Assembly: GCA_902514105.1 (NCBI GenBank)
Contig: CABXPU010000004.1
Span: 1 to 59,089, forward strand
Reading direction: 5' to 3'
DNA: 59,089 nucleotides
Source of the DNA: an uncultured SAR86 cluster bacterium
GTDB taxonomy: Bacteria; Pseudomonadota; Gammaproteobacteria; Magnimaribacterales; D2472
Made by a program: the position numbers and the translations under genes. Below the pieces are notes generated by a model. That model ran no database searches. It had not been told where the DNA came from and was given only the letters and a program-made list of their open reading frames with translations. Position 1 is the stretch's first letter; every line of letters starts with the position of its first letter. Below are positions 18,847 to 30,425 of the stretch, in pieces.

Positions 18847-20200
18847 GATTAATTTTCTTAATTTTAGAGTCAATAATTCCTGAACTTAATCTTGTAGTGA
18901 TCTCTTCTCCAACCATTAGCTCGTCAGAGCTTTTAATAGCTTTACCGTCAGTATTTTGAACTATCGCATAACCTCTATCTAATACAGCAATAGGGCTATA
19001 TGCAATTAAATTAGATTCAATTTTGTTTAAGACGTTTTTCTTACCAGATAAAAAATGTGCAAAGCTTTTGACCATATCTTTCATTGATATATCTAGACCC
19101 TCTAACAATTGATTAATCCTATTTAAAGGACTCCTTTCTTTAATTGATTGACTAAGCAACTCAAGCTTTTGATTAGTGTTAAGAATAGAAGTTTCAAAAG
19201 TCTGAATAATTCTTAGTTCAGTATTTTTAAGTTTTTGCTTTTGCTCATTTAATACAATCTGAGGGCTTTTTATATTTGATTCAAGGAGATCTAATCTTTG
19301 TTTATTATTTTGAATAATATTTTCAAAACCATTCACTAATCCTAGTTTCATTTCATTAAGCCTATCCTTTAATTGAAATTGAAACTCAGTAACTATTTCA
19401 GCAGCTGCTGTAGGTGTTGGAGCTCTCATATCGCAAACAAAATCTGAAATTGTAAAATCTATTTCGTGGCCAACCCCTGAAATAATCGGCACTGAAAAGT
19501 TAAAAATTTCTCTAGCAAGACCTTCATTATTAAACGCCCATAAATCTTCAATAGAACCTCCGCCTCTTGTTAAAACAACTGCATCAATTGGATTGTCTGT
19601 TGTTTTATTAAAAGCTAGTATTAAATGTAAAGCTTTGATAATTGATTCGGGAGCTCTATCACCTTGCACCATAGCTGGAGATAAACTTACTCTGCTAGAT
19701 GGGGCTCTTCTTTGAATAGTAGAAATAACATCTTGCAGAGCAGCCGTTGATTCAGAAGTTATTACACCAATATGTTTGGGCGGGAAGGGTATATCTTTTT
19801 TTCTACTATTATCAAATAAGCCCTCGGCATCTAGTTTTTGCTTTAGTTCTTCAAATTGCTGCATTAAATTACCAACACCGGCTGGTTGCATATTGTTAAC
19901 TATAAGTTGGTAATCTCCTCTAGGCGCATATAGGCTCACTTTGCCGTTGAGAATACATTGGTCCCCATCTTTAGGAGTAAATTTAAGACGCAATTTTTGA
20001 TTTTTAAACATCGCACACCTAATAGAGCCTTCATCATCTTTTAGGGTGAAATAAATATGACCTGAACTGGGTTGAGCAAGATTAGAAATTTCTCCAATTA
20101 CTGCAACTGAACTGAAATTACTTTCTAAAATAGCTTTAGCAGATCTATTTAACTCGCCTACAGAGATTATTTCTTTATTCTGATCTAGAATGTCATTCAT
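18836..20200 (-). CDS. xseA: Exodeoxyribonuclease VII large subunit
   Basis: GEISN...SGHIYFTLKD, RGGGSIEDLWAFN, VGHEID, RAPTPTAAAE. Confidence 0.96.
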   Translation of the reverse strand: MNDILDQNKEIISVGELNRSAKAILESNFSSVAVIGEISNLAQPSSGHIYFTLKDDEGSIRCAMFKNQKLRLKFTPKDGDQCILNGKVSLYAPRGDYQLIVNNMQPAGVGNLMQQFEELKQKLDAEGLFDNSRKKDIPFPPKHIGVITSESTAALQDVISTIQRRAPSSRVSLSPAMVQGDRAPESIIKALHLILAFNKTTDNPIDAVVLTRGGGSIEDLWAFNNEGLAREIFNFSVPIISGVGHEIDFTISDFVCDMRAPTPTAAAEIVTEFQFQLKDRLNEMKLGLVNGFENIIQNNKQRLDLLESNIKSPQIVLNEQKQKLKNTELRIIQTFETSILNTNQKLELLSQSIKERSPLNRINQLLEGLDISMKDMVKSFAHFLSGKKNVLNKIESNLIAYSPIAVLDRGYAIVQNTDGKAIKSSDELMVGEEITTRLSSGIIDSKIKKINHEE

Positions 20201-20217
20201 AACTAAAGTATAACTTT

Positions 20218-21099
20218 ATGACTGAAAATTTACATAGAGCAAATAATTTTATATTACTAGCAGGCGGGGCAACACTTATAGGTTTTGCACCTATATTTGT
20301 TAGATGGAGCGAGATGTCTCCGTCATGGGTTACTTTTTATAGAATGCTCTTAGCTCTTCCAATATTAGTCTTAATAAATCTTTATTTAAATAAATCTATA
20401 TTTTTTAAAATTCAAGCTAAAAGAAGTATTTATATATCTCTTATTGCTGCATTTGCATTTACTATTGATTTAACTTTATGGCATTGGAGTATTGGAATGA
20501 CTTCTATCTCTAATGGAACAATTATTGTTAATTCTGCTCCCATTTTTGTCGCTTTAATATACTTCTTTTATTTTAAAGAAAAACTTACTAAATATTTTTT
20601 TATCTCTTTAGGGGTAACATACGCCGGAGTAATTGGATTAATACTTTCAGCTGACCATTACACATCAGGAAATTTATTAGGAGATATTTTTTGTATCATC
20701 GCAGCTTTCTTTTATGCAACTTACTTAGTTTTTATATCCAGGCTTGGCAAAGAAGAGGCGCTTAGTATTATTTTTTATACCAGTTTATTTGTTTGTTTAT
20801 TTTCTATACCCTCTGCATTAATAGAATCATCACAAATCTTACCCCCTTCATTAGATGAATGGATTAATCTTTTTTTATTAGCATTGTTATGCCAGGCTGG
20901 TGGCCAATATATGATTACTTATAGCATTGCTAGAATTTCTCCATCTGGAGGCTCAATTGGACTATTGCTACAACCAGTTACGGCAACTATTTGTGCAGCA
21001 TATATTTTTGCTGAAACGATTAATTTTATTCAAATGTTATTCATTTGCGTTGCTTTATTTGGTATTTACTTAGCAAGAATGAATTTAACAAAATCCTAG
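20218..21099 (+). CDS. DMT/EamA family transporter
   Basis: About 10 TM segments, duplicated EamA pattern (FYR, GD, LLQPV). Confidence 0.85.
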   Translation: MTENLHRANNFILLAGGATLIGFAPIFVRWSEMSPSWVTFYRMLLALPILVLINLYLNKSIFFKIQAKRSIYISLIAAFAFTIDLTLWHWSIGMTSISNGTIIVNSAPIFVALIYFFYFKEKLTKYFFISLGVTYAGVIGLILSADHYTSGNLLGDIFCIIAAFFYATYLVFISRLGKEEALSIIFYTSLFVCLFSIPSALIESSQILPPSLDEWINLFLLALLCQAGGQYMITYSIARISPSGGSIGLLLQPVTATICAAYIFAETINFIQMLFICVALFGIYLARMNLTKS

Positions 21100-21203
21100 A
21101 AAGAAGATTTTCTTATTCTGTTTAAATTACTCTAATAAAATAGTATATTATGCGGCTCATAAGTATTAGTACTTATGGTTATAGTAATTTTAATTTTTGC
21201 TAT

Positions 21204-21280
21204 GGGTGATTAGCTCAGTTTGGTAGAGCATCTCGTTTACACCGAGAGGGTCGGCAGTTCGAACCTGTCATCACCCACCA
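21204..21280 (+). tRNA. tRNA-Val(TAC)
   Basis: Cloverleaf; anticodon arm TCTCG-TTTACAC-CGAGA; encoded CCA. Confidence 0.97.
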
Positions 21281-21303
21281 TTTAATAGCAGAGATTTATA
21301 TAG

Positions 21304-21331
21304 TTGCACTTTTATTTTAAGAATATATTAT
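21304..21331 (+). promoter_or_regulatory. sigma70-type promoter for tRNA-Asp
   Basis: TTGCAC-16 bp-TATTAT upstream of the tRNA. Confidence 0.5.
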
Positions 21332-21349
21332 GCAATCAATTACTAGAGT

Positions 21350-21424
21350 GGTCCGGTAGTTAAACGGTTATAATTCCGCCCTGTCACGGCGGCGTTCGGG
21401 GTTCGATTCCCCGTCGGACCGCCA
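21350..21424 (+). tRNA. tRNA-Asp(GTC)
   Basis: Acceptor GGTCCGG/TCGGACC, G73; anticodon arm CCGCC-CTGTCAC-GGCGG; CCA. Confidence 0.95.
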
Positions 21425-21443
21425 CTTTATAATATAATAAATT

Positions 21444-21845
21444 ATGAGCGAAGCAGTTATAGTTCTTTTATCTCTTTCATATTCTTTAATATTAGGCATT
21501 ATTGTTGCCCAAGTTATTCTTACTGCACCAGTTGTATTTAAAGTTTTAGATAATGAAAATGCATCAAAATTTTTAAGAGTTATCTTCCCAAGGTTTTATT
21601 TATTACTTTTTTTAATTTGCTTAATAGCATCATTAATTTCATATTTATGGTTTTCCAGGATTGATTTATGGTTTGCTTTGAATGCATCTTTTTTTGCATT
21701 CATTGGATTTATCATTATTCCTTTAACCAATGCAGCTCGCGACAGAGACTGGAGCAAAACATTTAAGTTTTTTCATAATTTAAGTGTAATAAATACAGTT
21801 ATCATCTTTTCTATAGCTGTAGTTCAGCTAATTAGAATTTCTTAG
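21444..21845 (+). CDS. DUF4149/TMEM205-like membrane protein
   Basis: APVVFKVL...FLRVIFPRFY, PLTNAARD, FKFFH.LSV..N motifs. Confidence 0.75.
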   Translation: MSEAVIVLLSLSYSLILGIIVAQVILTAPVVFKVLDNENASKFLRVIFPRFYLLLFLICLIASLISYLWFSRIDLWFALNASFFAFIGFIIIPLTNAARDRDWSKTFKFFHNLSVINTVIIFSIAVVQLIRIS

Positions 21846-21861
21846 CATTACTAATAAGAAG

Positions 21862-21890
21862 CTTGAATTTACCAAATTAGACCCAAAAAA
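21862..21890 (+). promoter_or_regulatory. Probable sigma32 promoter of htpG
   Basis: CTTGAA-tttaccaaattaga-CCCAAA upstream of SD AAGGAG. Confidence 0.55.
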
Positions 21891-21911
21891 TGAGTTTAAG
21901 GAGATTTAAAA

Positions 21912-23735
21912 ATGGCTAGAACAAAGACTAAAGCGTTTCAGACCGAAACAAAACAGCTTTTAAAGCTGATGATACATTCGTTGTATTCAAACAAAGAGAT
22001 TTTTATGAGAGAGCTAGTCTCAAATGCTTCAGATGCACTTGATAAATTAAGATTTAATTCACTATCTGATGAAGGTTTATTAGGTGATGATACAGATCTT
22101 AGTATTCAAGTTTCTGTAGCACCAAAAGATAATAAGATCATTATCTCTGATAATGGGATAGGTATGAACGAAGATGAATTGGTTGAAAATATTGGCACAA
22201 TAGCTAGATCAGGCACAGCATCATTTCTTGGAAACCTTACCGGAGATAAACAAAAAGATTCAAATTTAATTGGCCAATTCGGTGTAGGTTTTTATTCAGT
22301 ATTTATGGTGGCTGATAAGGTTGAGGTTTTAACCAGGCCCGCAAAAAGTAAAAAAGATGAAGCAACCTTATGGTCAAGCACAGGAGAAGAAAGTTATAAA
22401 CTTAAATCTTCAGAAAAAGAAACTAGAGGCACCGATATTATCATTTACCTTAATGATGAAAATAAAGATTTTGCTGATAAGTCTAGACTAAAATTTTTAT
22501 TAGAGAAATATTCTCAATATATTAATTTTCCATTAAGTCTTAATGAAGAAGGTGAAGAGGTTGAAAGAGTTAACGAATCAGAGGCTTTATGGCTGAAACC
22601 AAAAAATGAAATATCAGATGAAGAATACTCAGATTTTTATAAATTCATTTCATATGATCAAAATGATCCAATTCTATGGGTTCATAACAAAGTTGAAGGC
22701 AATAATGAATATACAAATCTTTTATATATTCCAAAAAATCCACCTTTTGATCTATGGAATAGAGAATCACCAAGAGGAGTTAAGTTATATATCCAACGCG
22801 TCTTTATAATGGATGATGCTACAAACTTCCTTCCATTATACTTGCGTTTTGTGAGAGGCATTATCGATGCTAGCGATCTTCCATTAAATGTATCAAGAGA
22901 AATTCTACAAGAACATCATCTTGTAGAAACAATTAAAAAATCTATAACAAAAAGAGTGCTTGATGCTTTAGCTAATATGAAAGATAAATCATTCGATTCA
23001 TATAAATCTTTTTGGAAAGAATATGGTTTGGTTTTAAAAGAGGGCCCAGCAGAAGACTTTGAAAATAGAGAATTACTAGCAAGTTTAATGTTGTTTGCTT
23101 CTTCTATTAATCCAGAGAATGATCTTAGTCAGACTTTAGATGACTATTTATCTAGAATGCCAGAATCACAAGATAAGATTTATTACTGTGTTGCTGATAC
23201 ATTTGAAGCAGCAATTAATTCCCCTCATGTTGAAGGTCATAAAGCTAACAATACTGAAGTACTAATGCTTACAGATAGAATTGATGAGTGGCTAATGTCT
23301 AGCCTAATGGAATACAAAGGAAAAGAGTTAGTCAATGTTGCGAAAGATGACATAGCTGAGACTTCTAAACCAAAAGTATCTGAAAAAGATGAGGATGTTT
23401 TAGCTAAGATTAAAAAACACCTTTCAGATAAAGTTTCTGATGTAATTGCAAGCAGCAGATTGGTTAATTCTGCATCGTGCTTATTGTTACCAAAAAATGA
23501 ACCAGGAGCTCAGTTAAGAAAAATCCTAGAAGCTGCAGGTCAGAATTTAGGTGAATCGAATCCTATCTTTGAAGTAAATTTAAAGCATAAACTTTTAAAG
23601 AGATTAGCTACACTTAAAGGCAAACAATTTAATGCATTTGTAGATTTTCTTTATGATTACGCAGTAATAGCTGAAGGCGGATCCCCTAAGGATCCTGCAA
23701 AATATTTGCGTCAATTAGATAAGTATTTATCATAA
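21912..23735 (+). CDS. htpG: Chaperone HtpG (Hsp90)
   Basis: [45 protein letters not shown]. Confidence 0.98.
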
Positions 23736-23835
23736 AATCAATAATGAAAACATGAATCCGGAGACTTAATTAGATGATTTAATTAATCATCCCCATGAAA
23801 TTGATGTAGAATTTACACATATAGGAAAATAAATA

Positions 23836-24237
23836 ATGGAAAATTTTAATAGAGAAGAAGTTAAAGAAGAAGTATTAAAAGCTAGCAAATGGACTAGATT
23901 TTTCTTTATGTTTATTTATTCATTTGTGGTATCTGCTGTTTTAAATATTGCAATAGGAATAGCTATAATACAATTCTTATTTTTCTTATTTACATCTAAG
24001 GTCAATGCCGCTTTATTCGATTTTAACAAACATATGCATTCTTTTATTGAAGATACTTTAAAGTTTTTACTATTCGAAACAGAAGAAAAACCATTTCCAT
24101 TTAAAAAATCAGCAAACGAATCTGAGGAAGATACGCCTGAAATAGTTGAAGGTGAGGCTGACGTTGTATCAGAAGAGCCTGAAGAAGTTGTAGAGCCTGA
24201 AGAGGCTGGAGAAGATAAAAACGAACCTAACTCTTAG
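23836..24237 (+). CDS. DUF4389-like membrane protein with acidic tail
   Basis: W.RFFFM...IQFLF...[12 protein letters not shown] followed by an E-rich tail. Confidence 0.75.
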   Translation: MENFNREEVKEEVLKASKWTRFFFMFIYSFVVSAVLNIAIGIAIIQFLFFLFTSKVNAALFDFNKHMHSFIEDTLKFLLFETEEKPFPFKKSANESEEDTPEIVEGEADVVSEEPEEVVEPEEAGEDKNEPNS

Positions 24238-25066
24238 TTTTTATAGCTGCTTCAAGCGTCTGGAGTATCAATGTATTTATTGTCATTGGGCCAACACCCC
24301 CAGGTACTGGCGTATATGCAGAAGCTATAGATTCAATATTATCTAGATCTATATCCCCACATTTCTCAGGGTGATAACCAGCATCAATCACCACTGCATT
24401 TTCTTTAATCCATTCATGCTTAATAAATTTAGGGATTCCAACAGCTCCAACCAAAATATCAGCTCTTTTGATTATGTCTTCTATATTTTGAGTTCTAGAA
24501 TGACATATTGTTACAGTTGCATGTTTATTTAATAACATCATAGCCATAGGCTTACCTAGAATAGGGCTTCTTCCTACCACTACAGCATTTAATCCAGAAA
24601 TATTTATTTCATAATGATCAAGCAATCTTATGATCCCCTGAGGGGTGCATGAACCAAAGGCTGGTAAACCCATAGACATATTGCCAAATCCTAAACAGGT
24701 AACTCCATCAACATCCTTATTAATATCTAGAGCATCAAAGCAAAGCCTCTCATCAATTTGACTTGGTACAGGATGTTGTAAGAGAATTCCATGAACATTA
24801 GTGTCATTATTTAATTCGTTTATTTTACTTAAAAGCTCTTCAGTTGTTGTTGTATCAGGCATTTCAACAGCAATAGATTTCATTCCAACTCTTGCGCATG
24901 TGTTTCTTTTCATTTTGACATATGTTTCAGAGGCAGGATCTTGACCAACCAGAATAGTTGCTAATGTTGGAAAGATGCCATCATTATTTAAATTGGCTAC
25001 TTGTTTTGAAATTGATTCTTCAGAAGCTGAAGCTAAAGATTTACCATCTAAAATTTTGATACTCAT
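24227..25066 (-). CDS. folD: Methylenetetrahydrofolate dehydrogenase/cyclohydrolase
   Basis: True start MSIKILDGK at 25066; [24 protein letters not shown]. Confidence 0.96.
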   Translation of the reverse strand: MSIKILDGKSLASASEESISKQVANLNNDGIFPTLATILVGQDPASETYVKMKRNTCARVGMKSIAVEMPDTTTTEELLSKINELNNDTNVHGILLQHPVPSQIDERLCFDALDINKDVDGVTCLGFGNMSMGLPAFGSCTPQGIIRLLDHYEINISGLNAVVVGRSPILGKPMAMMLLNKHATVTICHSRTQNIEDIIKRADILVGAVGIPKFIKHEWIKENAVVIDAGYHPEKCGDIDLDNIESIASAYTPVPGGVGPMTINTLILQTLEAAIKTKS

Positions 25067-25146
25067 AATAATAATTATCTCATCAAAAAATATTTCTGCA
25101 TATGGTGATTGCTTATTTATTCTATAAACTTTAATATTTGCATCCT

Positions 25147-25223
25147 CGGGGTATAGCGCAGTCTGGTAGCGCACTCGCTTTGGGAGCGAGTGGTCGTAAG
25201 TTCGAATCTTACTACCCCGACCA
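25147..25223 (+). tRNA. tRNA-Pro(TGG)
   Basis: CGGGGTA acceptor; CTCGC-TTTGGGA-GCGAG; CCA. Confidence 0.97.
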
Positions 25224-25228
25224 AGTGT

Positions 25229-25305
<77 letters not shown>

Positions 25306-25325
25306 TTTTTTTATATAATGTAGAT

Positions 25326-26261
25326 ATGTACAAAGTCGCAGCCCTTTACAAATTTAATTCAATTAAAGATCCGGAGAAATTACAGGAAGAATTACGTAAT
25401 GTTTTAACAAAGCATTCTATATATGGAACTATTTTGGTTGGAGAAGAAGGTTTAAATGGAACGGTTGCTGGATCAGATAAATCCATGGATATTGTTCTTG
25501 ATTTTATTAGATTAATCAGTGGTTTTGAAGACATTGATATTAAATATTCAGATTCCAATATAAATCCTTTTGTTAGATTAAAAGTTAAATTAAAAGATGA
25601 AATTGTAACGATTGGAGACAAGTCAATAGATCCAAACAAAATAGTTGGGAAATATGTAGATCCATCATCTTGGAATAATCTTATTAGTGATAAAAATACT
25701 ATCTTAATTGATGCAAGAAATGATTATGAATATTCAATAGGAACATTTAAAAATTCTATTAATCCAAAAACTACTAAATTTAGAGATTTTCCTCAATGGG
25801 TTGAAGATGAAGGTTTTTCTGAAGAGGATAAAAAATTTAAAAAAGTTGCCATGTTTTGTACCGGGGGTATTAGGTGTGAAAAAGCATCATCTTATATGAA
25901 ATCAGCTGGATTTGATGATGTATACCATCTAAAAGGAGGCATTTTAAAATATTTAGAAGAAACCCCTAAAGAAAAAAGTCTATGGGAGGGTGAATGTTTT
26001 GTTTTTGATGATAGGGTTTCTGTTGATCATAACTTAGAGCCAGGTTCTTATGATATGTGTCATGGATGCAGAATGCCTATTACAGAGTCTGATAAAGAAT
26101 CAAATAAATACATTAAAGGTGTTGCTTGTGATAAATGTTTTGATACAACCACAGAAGAACAAAAATCAAGATATATGAGTAGACAAAAGCAAGTAGATCT
26201 TGCGAAGAAAAGAAATCAAAAACATATTGGCCCCAAAGAAGAAGTTCAAATTCGTAGATGA
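25326..26261 (+). CDS. trhO: tRNA uridine(34) hydroxylase TrhO (rhodanese-like, YceA)
   Basis: [40 protein letters not shown]. Confidence 0.92.
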   Translation: MYKVAALYKFNSIKDPEKLQEELRNVLTKHSIYGTILVGEEGLNGTVAGSDKSMDIVLDFIRLISGFEDIDIKYSDSNINPFVRLKVKLKDEIVTIGDKSIDPNKIVGKYVDPSSWNNLISDKNTILIDARNDYEYSIGTFKNSINPKTTKFRDFPQWVEDEGFSEEDKKFKKVAMFCTGGIRCEKASSYMKSAGFDDVYHLKGGILKYLEETPKEKSLWEGECFVFDDRVSVDHNLEPGSYDMCHGCRMPITESDKESNKYIKGVACDKCFDTTTEEQKSRYMSRQKQVDLAKKRNQKHIGPKEEVQIRR

Positions 26262-26908
26262 CATTACCTGTCTTATATTCATTTAAAAGATGTCCATATG
26301 CCATGAGGGCAAGAATGGCATTAAAACTTGCAAATATTCAATGCGAGCTAAGAGAAGTTAGACTTAGCAATAAACCAGAACATATGCTTAAGGTGTCTCC
26401 AAAGGGAACTGTTCCTATTCTAATTTTTGAAGATGAAGTTATAGATGAAAGTATTGATATTATTAATTGGGTATTAGATAACAGTAATATTTTTAAAGAT
26501 AATATCAATTCAAAACAAATAAAACTGACAGAAAACATAATTACTACTTTTGATAATAAATTTAAACATCATTTAGATAGATATAAGTATTCAGTCAGAT
26601 ATGAAAATGCAGATGAAGAATTTCATCGGAGTGAATGTCTTAAAATTTTAAAAGATATAGAGAATAAGATTTGTGATGGTTGCTGGTTTTTTGGAGATAA
26701 ATTAAACAAAGTAGATATTTCAATATTACCATTCATAAGACAATACAGAATTGCTAACCCTGATTGGTTTGATTCTCAGCAAGGAATCCTTAGGGTTCAA
26801 AAACTGCTTGGTAATTTCTTAGATTCAAAATTATTAAACGATGTAATGTATAAATATGAAGAGTGGAAAATTAGCGACGAACCTATATATTTTCCAATAA
26901 TTGAATAG
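26258..26908 (+). CDS. Glutathione S-transferase family protein
   Basis: LYSFKRCPYAMRAR, SPKGTVP, DES, PFIRQ. Confidence 0.9.
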   Translation: MTLPVLYSFKRCPYAMRARMALKLANIQCELREVRLSNKPEHMLKVSPKGTVPILIFEDEVIDESIDIINWVLDNSNIFKDNINSKQIKLTENIITTFDNKFKHHLDRYKYSVRYENADEEFHRSECLKILKDIENKICDGCWFFGDKLNKVDISILPFIRQYRIANPDWFDSQQGILRVQKLLGNFLDSKLLNDVMYKYEEWKISDEPIYFPIIE

Positions 26909-26909
26909 G

Positions 26910-28310
26910 TTATAAACCTATAAAATCATAAGAAAGTGCTATTTTATCTATAGCTACTTTAAAAGCTGCAGTCCTAAAGTCTGGCATTTTGTCGGTTTCT
27001 AAGAATTCCTTTTTAACACTTTGAAAACCATCTATCATCATGTCATCTAATCCAGACCTAATAAGGTCAATTTCTTCAATACCATCCATAAAGTTAGCTT
27101 TATATTTTTTTGGCATAGATTTTCCTGTCATAGCCTCAATGGCTTCAATTAAGTTATTTATTTGCAGCTGATTCCTTCGTTTTTCCAATCTTCCAAATCG
27201 GATATGCCTTATGTTTTTTACCCACTCAAAATAACTAACAGCAACACCACCTCCATTTGCAAGAATATCTGGAATTACAAATATTTTTTTCTTGTTTAAG
27301 ATCTGATTTCCTTTGTAACTAATTGGACCATTTGCAGCCTCAACAATTAATTTTGCAGATATATCATCTGCATTTTTTTCTGTTATTACATTCTCACGAG
27401 CAGCAGGTATCAAAATATCACATTTTCTTTTAAGAAGAAGTGAAGAGTCTTTGATGAAAGTTGCTTTTGGATAGCTTTTAAATGATTTATGTTTTTTGAA
27501 AAATTTCTTTGCATGCTCAACATTTATTCCGTCTTCGTTGTAGATTCCCCCATTAAATTCAGAGACACCAATCAATTTAACATTATCATCTTCGGTTAGA
27601 AATTTTGATACGTTATAGCCAACATTACCTAAGCCTTGGATTATAAATGTCTTGGTAGATAGATCATTATCAAGTTTTACTAATTTTAGAAGTTCTGGAT
27701 TTCGAAAAAATTCTCTAATGATATATTGGACACCTCTTCCAGTAGCTTCTTCTCTTCCAACAAGACCATTTTTGCTTGGAGGCTTACCAGTAACACATGC
27801 TGCTCCATTAATATCGGCAGGATGAATCTTTCTATATTCATCTGCAATCCAAGCCATTTCTCTTGAAGATGTGCCTATATCAGGTGCAGGAACATTCATA
27901 GAAGGGCTGATAAGGTCTCGCTTAATGAGCTCTTGGGCAAATCTTCTTGTAATTTTTTCTAACTCACGTTTTTCCCATTTTGATGGATCAATTTTTAGAC
28001 CACCTTTTGAACCTCCGTAGGGAACATTTATAATTGCACATTTATAAGACATTAATGCAGCTAGAGCCTCAACTTCTTCAGCATGAGTATCTATATCAAA
28101 CCTTATTCCGCCTTTAGTTGGCTCCATATGTTCAGAGTGAACAGATCTCCAGCCTTCAAATGTAAAGATTTCTCCTCTAAGTCGAACGCCAAATCTTACG
28201 GTATAAGTAGAATTACAAGTAATTATCTTATTCGATAAACCATCGGAAAGGTCAGTGAGCTTAAGAGCTTTATTTACATACTTCGTTGTATCAGAAAGAA
28301 AATTATTCAT
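26910..28310 (-). CDS. Glutamate dehydrogenase (Glu/Leu/Phe/Val family) with antenna-like insertion
   Basis: KGGIRF, GGSKGG, VPAPD, VTGKP, GREEATG, QGLGNVG, EAANGP, SYFEW. Confidence 0.92.
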   Translation of the reverse strand: MNNFLSDTTKYVNKALKLTDLSDGLSNKIITCNSTYTVRFGVRLRGEIFTFEGWRSVHSEHMEPTKGGIRFDIDTHAEEVEALAALMSYKCAIINVPYGGSKGGLKIDPSKWEKRELEKITRRFAQELIKRDLISPSMNVPAPDIGTSSREMAWIADEYRKIHPADINGAACVTGKPPSKNGLVGREEATGRGVQYIIREFFRNPELLKLVKLDNDLSTKTFIIQGLGNVGYNVSKFLTEDDNVKLIGVSEFNGGIYNEDGINVEHAKKFFKKHKSFKSYPKATFIKDSSLLLKRKCDILIPAARENVITEKNADDISAKLIVEAANGPISYKGNQILNKKKIFVIPDILANGGGVAVSYFEWVKNIRHIRFGRLEKRRNQLQINNLIEAIEAMTGKSMPKKYKANFMDGIEEIDLIRSGLDDMMIDGFQSVKKEFLETDKMPDFRTAAFKVAIDKIALSYDFIGL

Positions 28311-28402
28311 TTTTTATTAATTGATCCTTTTATGTAAACATATTTTAACCCAAATAAAAAAATAGATAATAATTATTTTTAAACTATAATAGCGAGTCTC
28401 GT

Positions 28403-28480
28403 GGCGGGCGTAGCTCAGTTGGTTAGAGCGCTGGATTGTGGCTCCGGAGGCCGTGGGTTCGAACCCCATCGCTCGCCCCA
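28403..28480 (+). tRNA. tRNA-His(GTG)
   Basis: Encoded G-1:C73; CTGGA-TTGTGGC-TCCGG; CCA; TATAAT upstream. Confidence 0.97.
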
Positions 28481-28497
28481 TTTATAATAGGATTTTT

Positions 28498-29796
28498 ATG
28501 ACAAGTAAATTAAAGAAATTAAAAGATCTAGAAAGAAAATTAGAAGTATCTGTTCCTGTTGAGGACTATAAGTCTAAATTTGATGGAAAGATTAATAAAA
28601 TAAGAAGCACTGCCAAGCTTGATGGTTTCAGGAAGGGTAAAGTACCTATGGATGTTTTGGAGAAAAGATATGGATCTTCAGTTCATGCAGATGTATTAAA
28701 TGAATTAATTCAAGACACATACCCTAAAGAGATTGCTGATAATAAAATAAGACCAGCATGCGTTCCATCTATCAGTATTGAGAGTGATGATCCTGCTAAA
28801 CCAATTACATATTCTGCAGTCTTCGAAGTTTTTCCTGAAGTAAAGGTAAAAATACCAAGATGGTCTAGTTATGAATCTCATAAGATTAGCATTGAAGATT
28901 CTGATTTAGATCTAGCTATTACAGATATCCTTACAAGATATGGTGATTGGGTTGATGTAAAAAGGAAATCACAAAAAGATGATCAAGTCGTTATTGATTT
29001 TGAAGGTAAAGTAGATGGAGAAGCATTTGAAGGAAACACAGCTAAAGAATTTAAGCTAGTTTTAGGTAGCAACTCAATGATTCCTGGCTTTGAAGATAAT
29101 TTAATGGATAAAGATCCAGACACAGAATTTACAATTGATTGTAAGTTTCCAGATGACTATTTTAAACAAGATTTAGCAGGCAAAGATGCTAAGTTCGATA
29201 TTAAACTCCTACAAGTGCAAGAAAATAAATCAGCTGACATCAATAAAGATTTATTTGAAAAATTAAGTATGGATGTTAAGGATGAAAAATCTTTTAAACA
29301 AGAAATTAAATCAAGAATGGAAAAAGAAGTTGAGATGCAAGAACAATCTCTTACAAAAGAATCTATTTATGAATTGCTTTTAAATTCTCATTCATTTAAA
29401 GCCCCAAAAGCAACTATAAAAGAACAATCTGAATTAATGAGGAAGGATGCATTGATGAGAATTGGTCAAAGTGTTGAAAATGCAGAATCCGACCTTTTCC
29501 CCATAGAGTCATTTGAGGACGATGCCTCTAAAAGGGTTAGGTTAGATTTACTTTTTGCAGAATTAATTAAATTCTATGAAATTAAGGTTGAGAATGATAA
29601 GCTCAAAGAGTTTATAGCTGAAGAAGCTAAGAAGTATAAGGATCCTGAGCAATTTGAAGCTTGGGTATCTAGTCAGCCAAAACAGTTAGAACAATTTAAT
29701 ATGATGGTTTTAGAGAATCAACTTATTGAAAAATTAGAAAATGATCTTAAATCTAAGGATAAGGTAATAAAATTCTCAGAACTAGCTAATAAATAA
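28498..29796 (+). CDS. tig: Trigger factor
   Basis: GFRKGKVP ribosome-binding motif; FKBP domain (FEG, MIPGFE, FP.DY). Start moved to ATG 28498, after the tRNA. Confidence 0.95.
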   Translation: MTSKLKKLKDLERKLEVSVPVEDYKSKFDGKINKIRSTAKLDGFRKGKVPMDVLEKRYGSSVHADVLNELIQDTYPKEIADNKIRPACVPSISIESDDPAKPITYSAVFEVFPEVKVKIPRWSSYESHKISIEDSDLDLAITDILTRYGDWVDVKRKSQKDDQVVIDFEGKVDGEAFEGNTAKEFKLVLGSNSMIPGFEDNLMDKDPDTEFTIDCKFPDDYFKQDLAGKDAKFDIKLLQVQENKSADINKDLFEKLSMDVKDEKSFKQEIKSRMEKEVEMQEQSLTKESIYELLLNSHSFKAPKATIKEQSELMRKDALMRIGQSVENAESDLFPIESFEDDASKRVRLDLLFAELIKFYEIKVENDKLKEFIAEEAKKYKDPEQFEAWVSSQPKQLEQFNMMVLENQLIEKLENDLKSKDKVIKFSELANK

Positions 29797-29810
29797 AGAA
29801 GAGAAAGCTT

Positions 29811-30425
29811 ATGGAAAATAATAATTCAGCATTAATACCAATGGTTGTTGAACAAACAGCCAGGGGAGAAAGATCTTTTGATATCTACTCACGTCTATTA
29901 AAAGAAAGAGTAATATTTTTATCAGGCCCCATAGATGACTACATATCAAATCTTGTTGTGGCTCAATTACTTTTTTTAGAATCTGAGAATCCAGAAAAAG
30001 ATATTAGTATTTATATAAATTCTCCTGGAGGAAGCATCTCCGCTGGGCTTGCAATCTATGACACAATGCAATTTGTATCTCCTGAAATTTCAACTCTATG
30101 TATAGGTCAAGCTGCCAGCATGGGCGCTTTACTGTTATCAGGTGGTACTGAAGGTAAGAGATTTGCGCTTCCAAATTCAAGAATAATGATTCATCAACCA
30201 CTTGGAGGTTTTCAAGGCCAAGCTTCTGATTTTGAGATTCATGCTAAAGAAATTCTTCATGCCAAAAAGAAGGTTAATGAAATTCTAGCAAAACATACTA
30301 AAAAAACTCTTAAACAAATAGAAAAAGACACCGACAGAGATAATTTTTTAAATGCTGAATCTGCAAAAGATTATGGTATTGTTGATGCTATATTGGAATC
30401 ACGAGATATAAAAAATGCCAAGTAA
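29811..30425 (+). CDS. clpP: Clp protease proteolytic subunit
   Basis: [27 protein letters not shown]. Confidence 0.98.
   Translation: MENNNSALIPMVVEQTARGERSFDIYSRLLKERVIFLSGPIDDYISNLVVAQLLFLESENPEKDISIYINSPGGSISAGLAIYDTMQFVSPEISTLCIGQAASMGALLLSGGTEGKRFALPNSRIMIHQPLGGFQGQASDFEIHAKEILHAKKKVNEILAKHTKKTLKQIEKDTDRDNFLNAESAKDYGIVDAILESRDIKNAK

Noticed and set aside
21131-21158. dif-like sequence (GCATAATATA on the minus strand)
   Set aside because: The XerD arm TTATGTTAAAT is not matched; better explained as the tRNA-Val promoter -10.
21158-21177. Hairpin CATAAGTA-TTAG-TACTTATG before tRNA-Val
   Set aside because: Single AT-rich stem with no family features; probably a precursor leader or chance.
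23773-23796. Hairpin GATGATT-TAATT-AATCATC and a CCCCAT sigma32-like -10 after htpG
   Set aside because: No U tract for termination and no properly spaced CTTGAA -35.
28438-28497. Upstream GTG start for trigger factor
   Set aside because: It lies inside tRNA-His; ATG 28498 has an SD-like AGGA.
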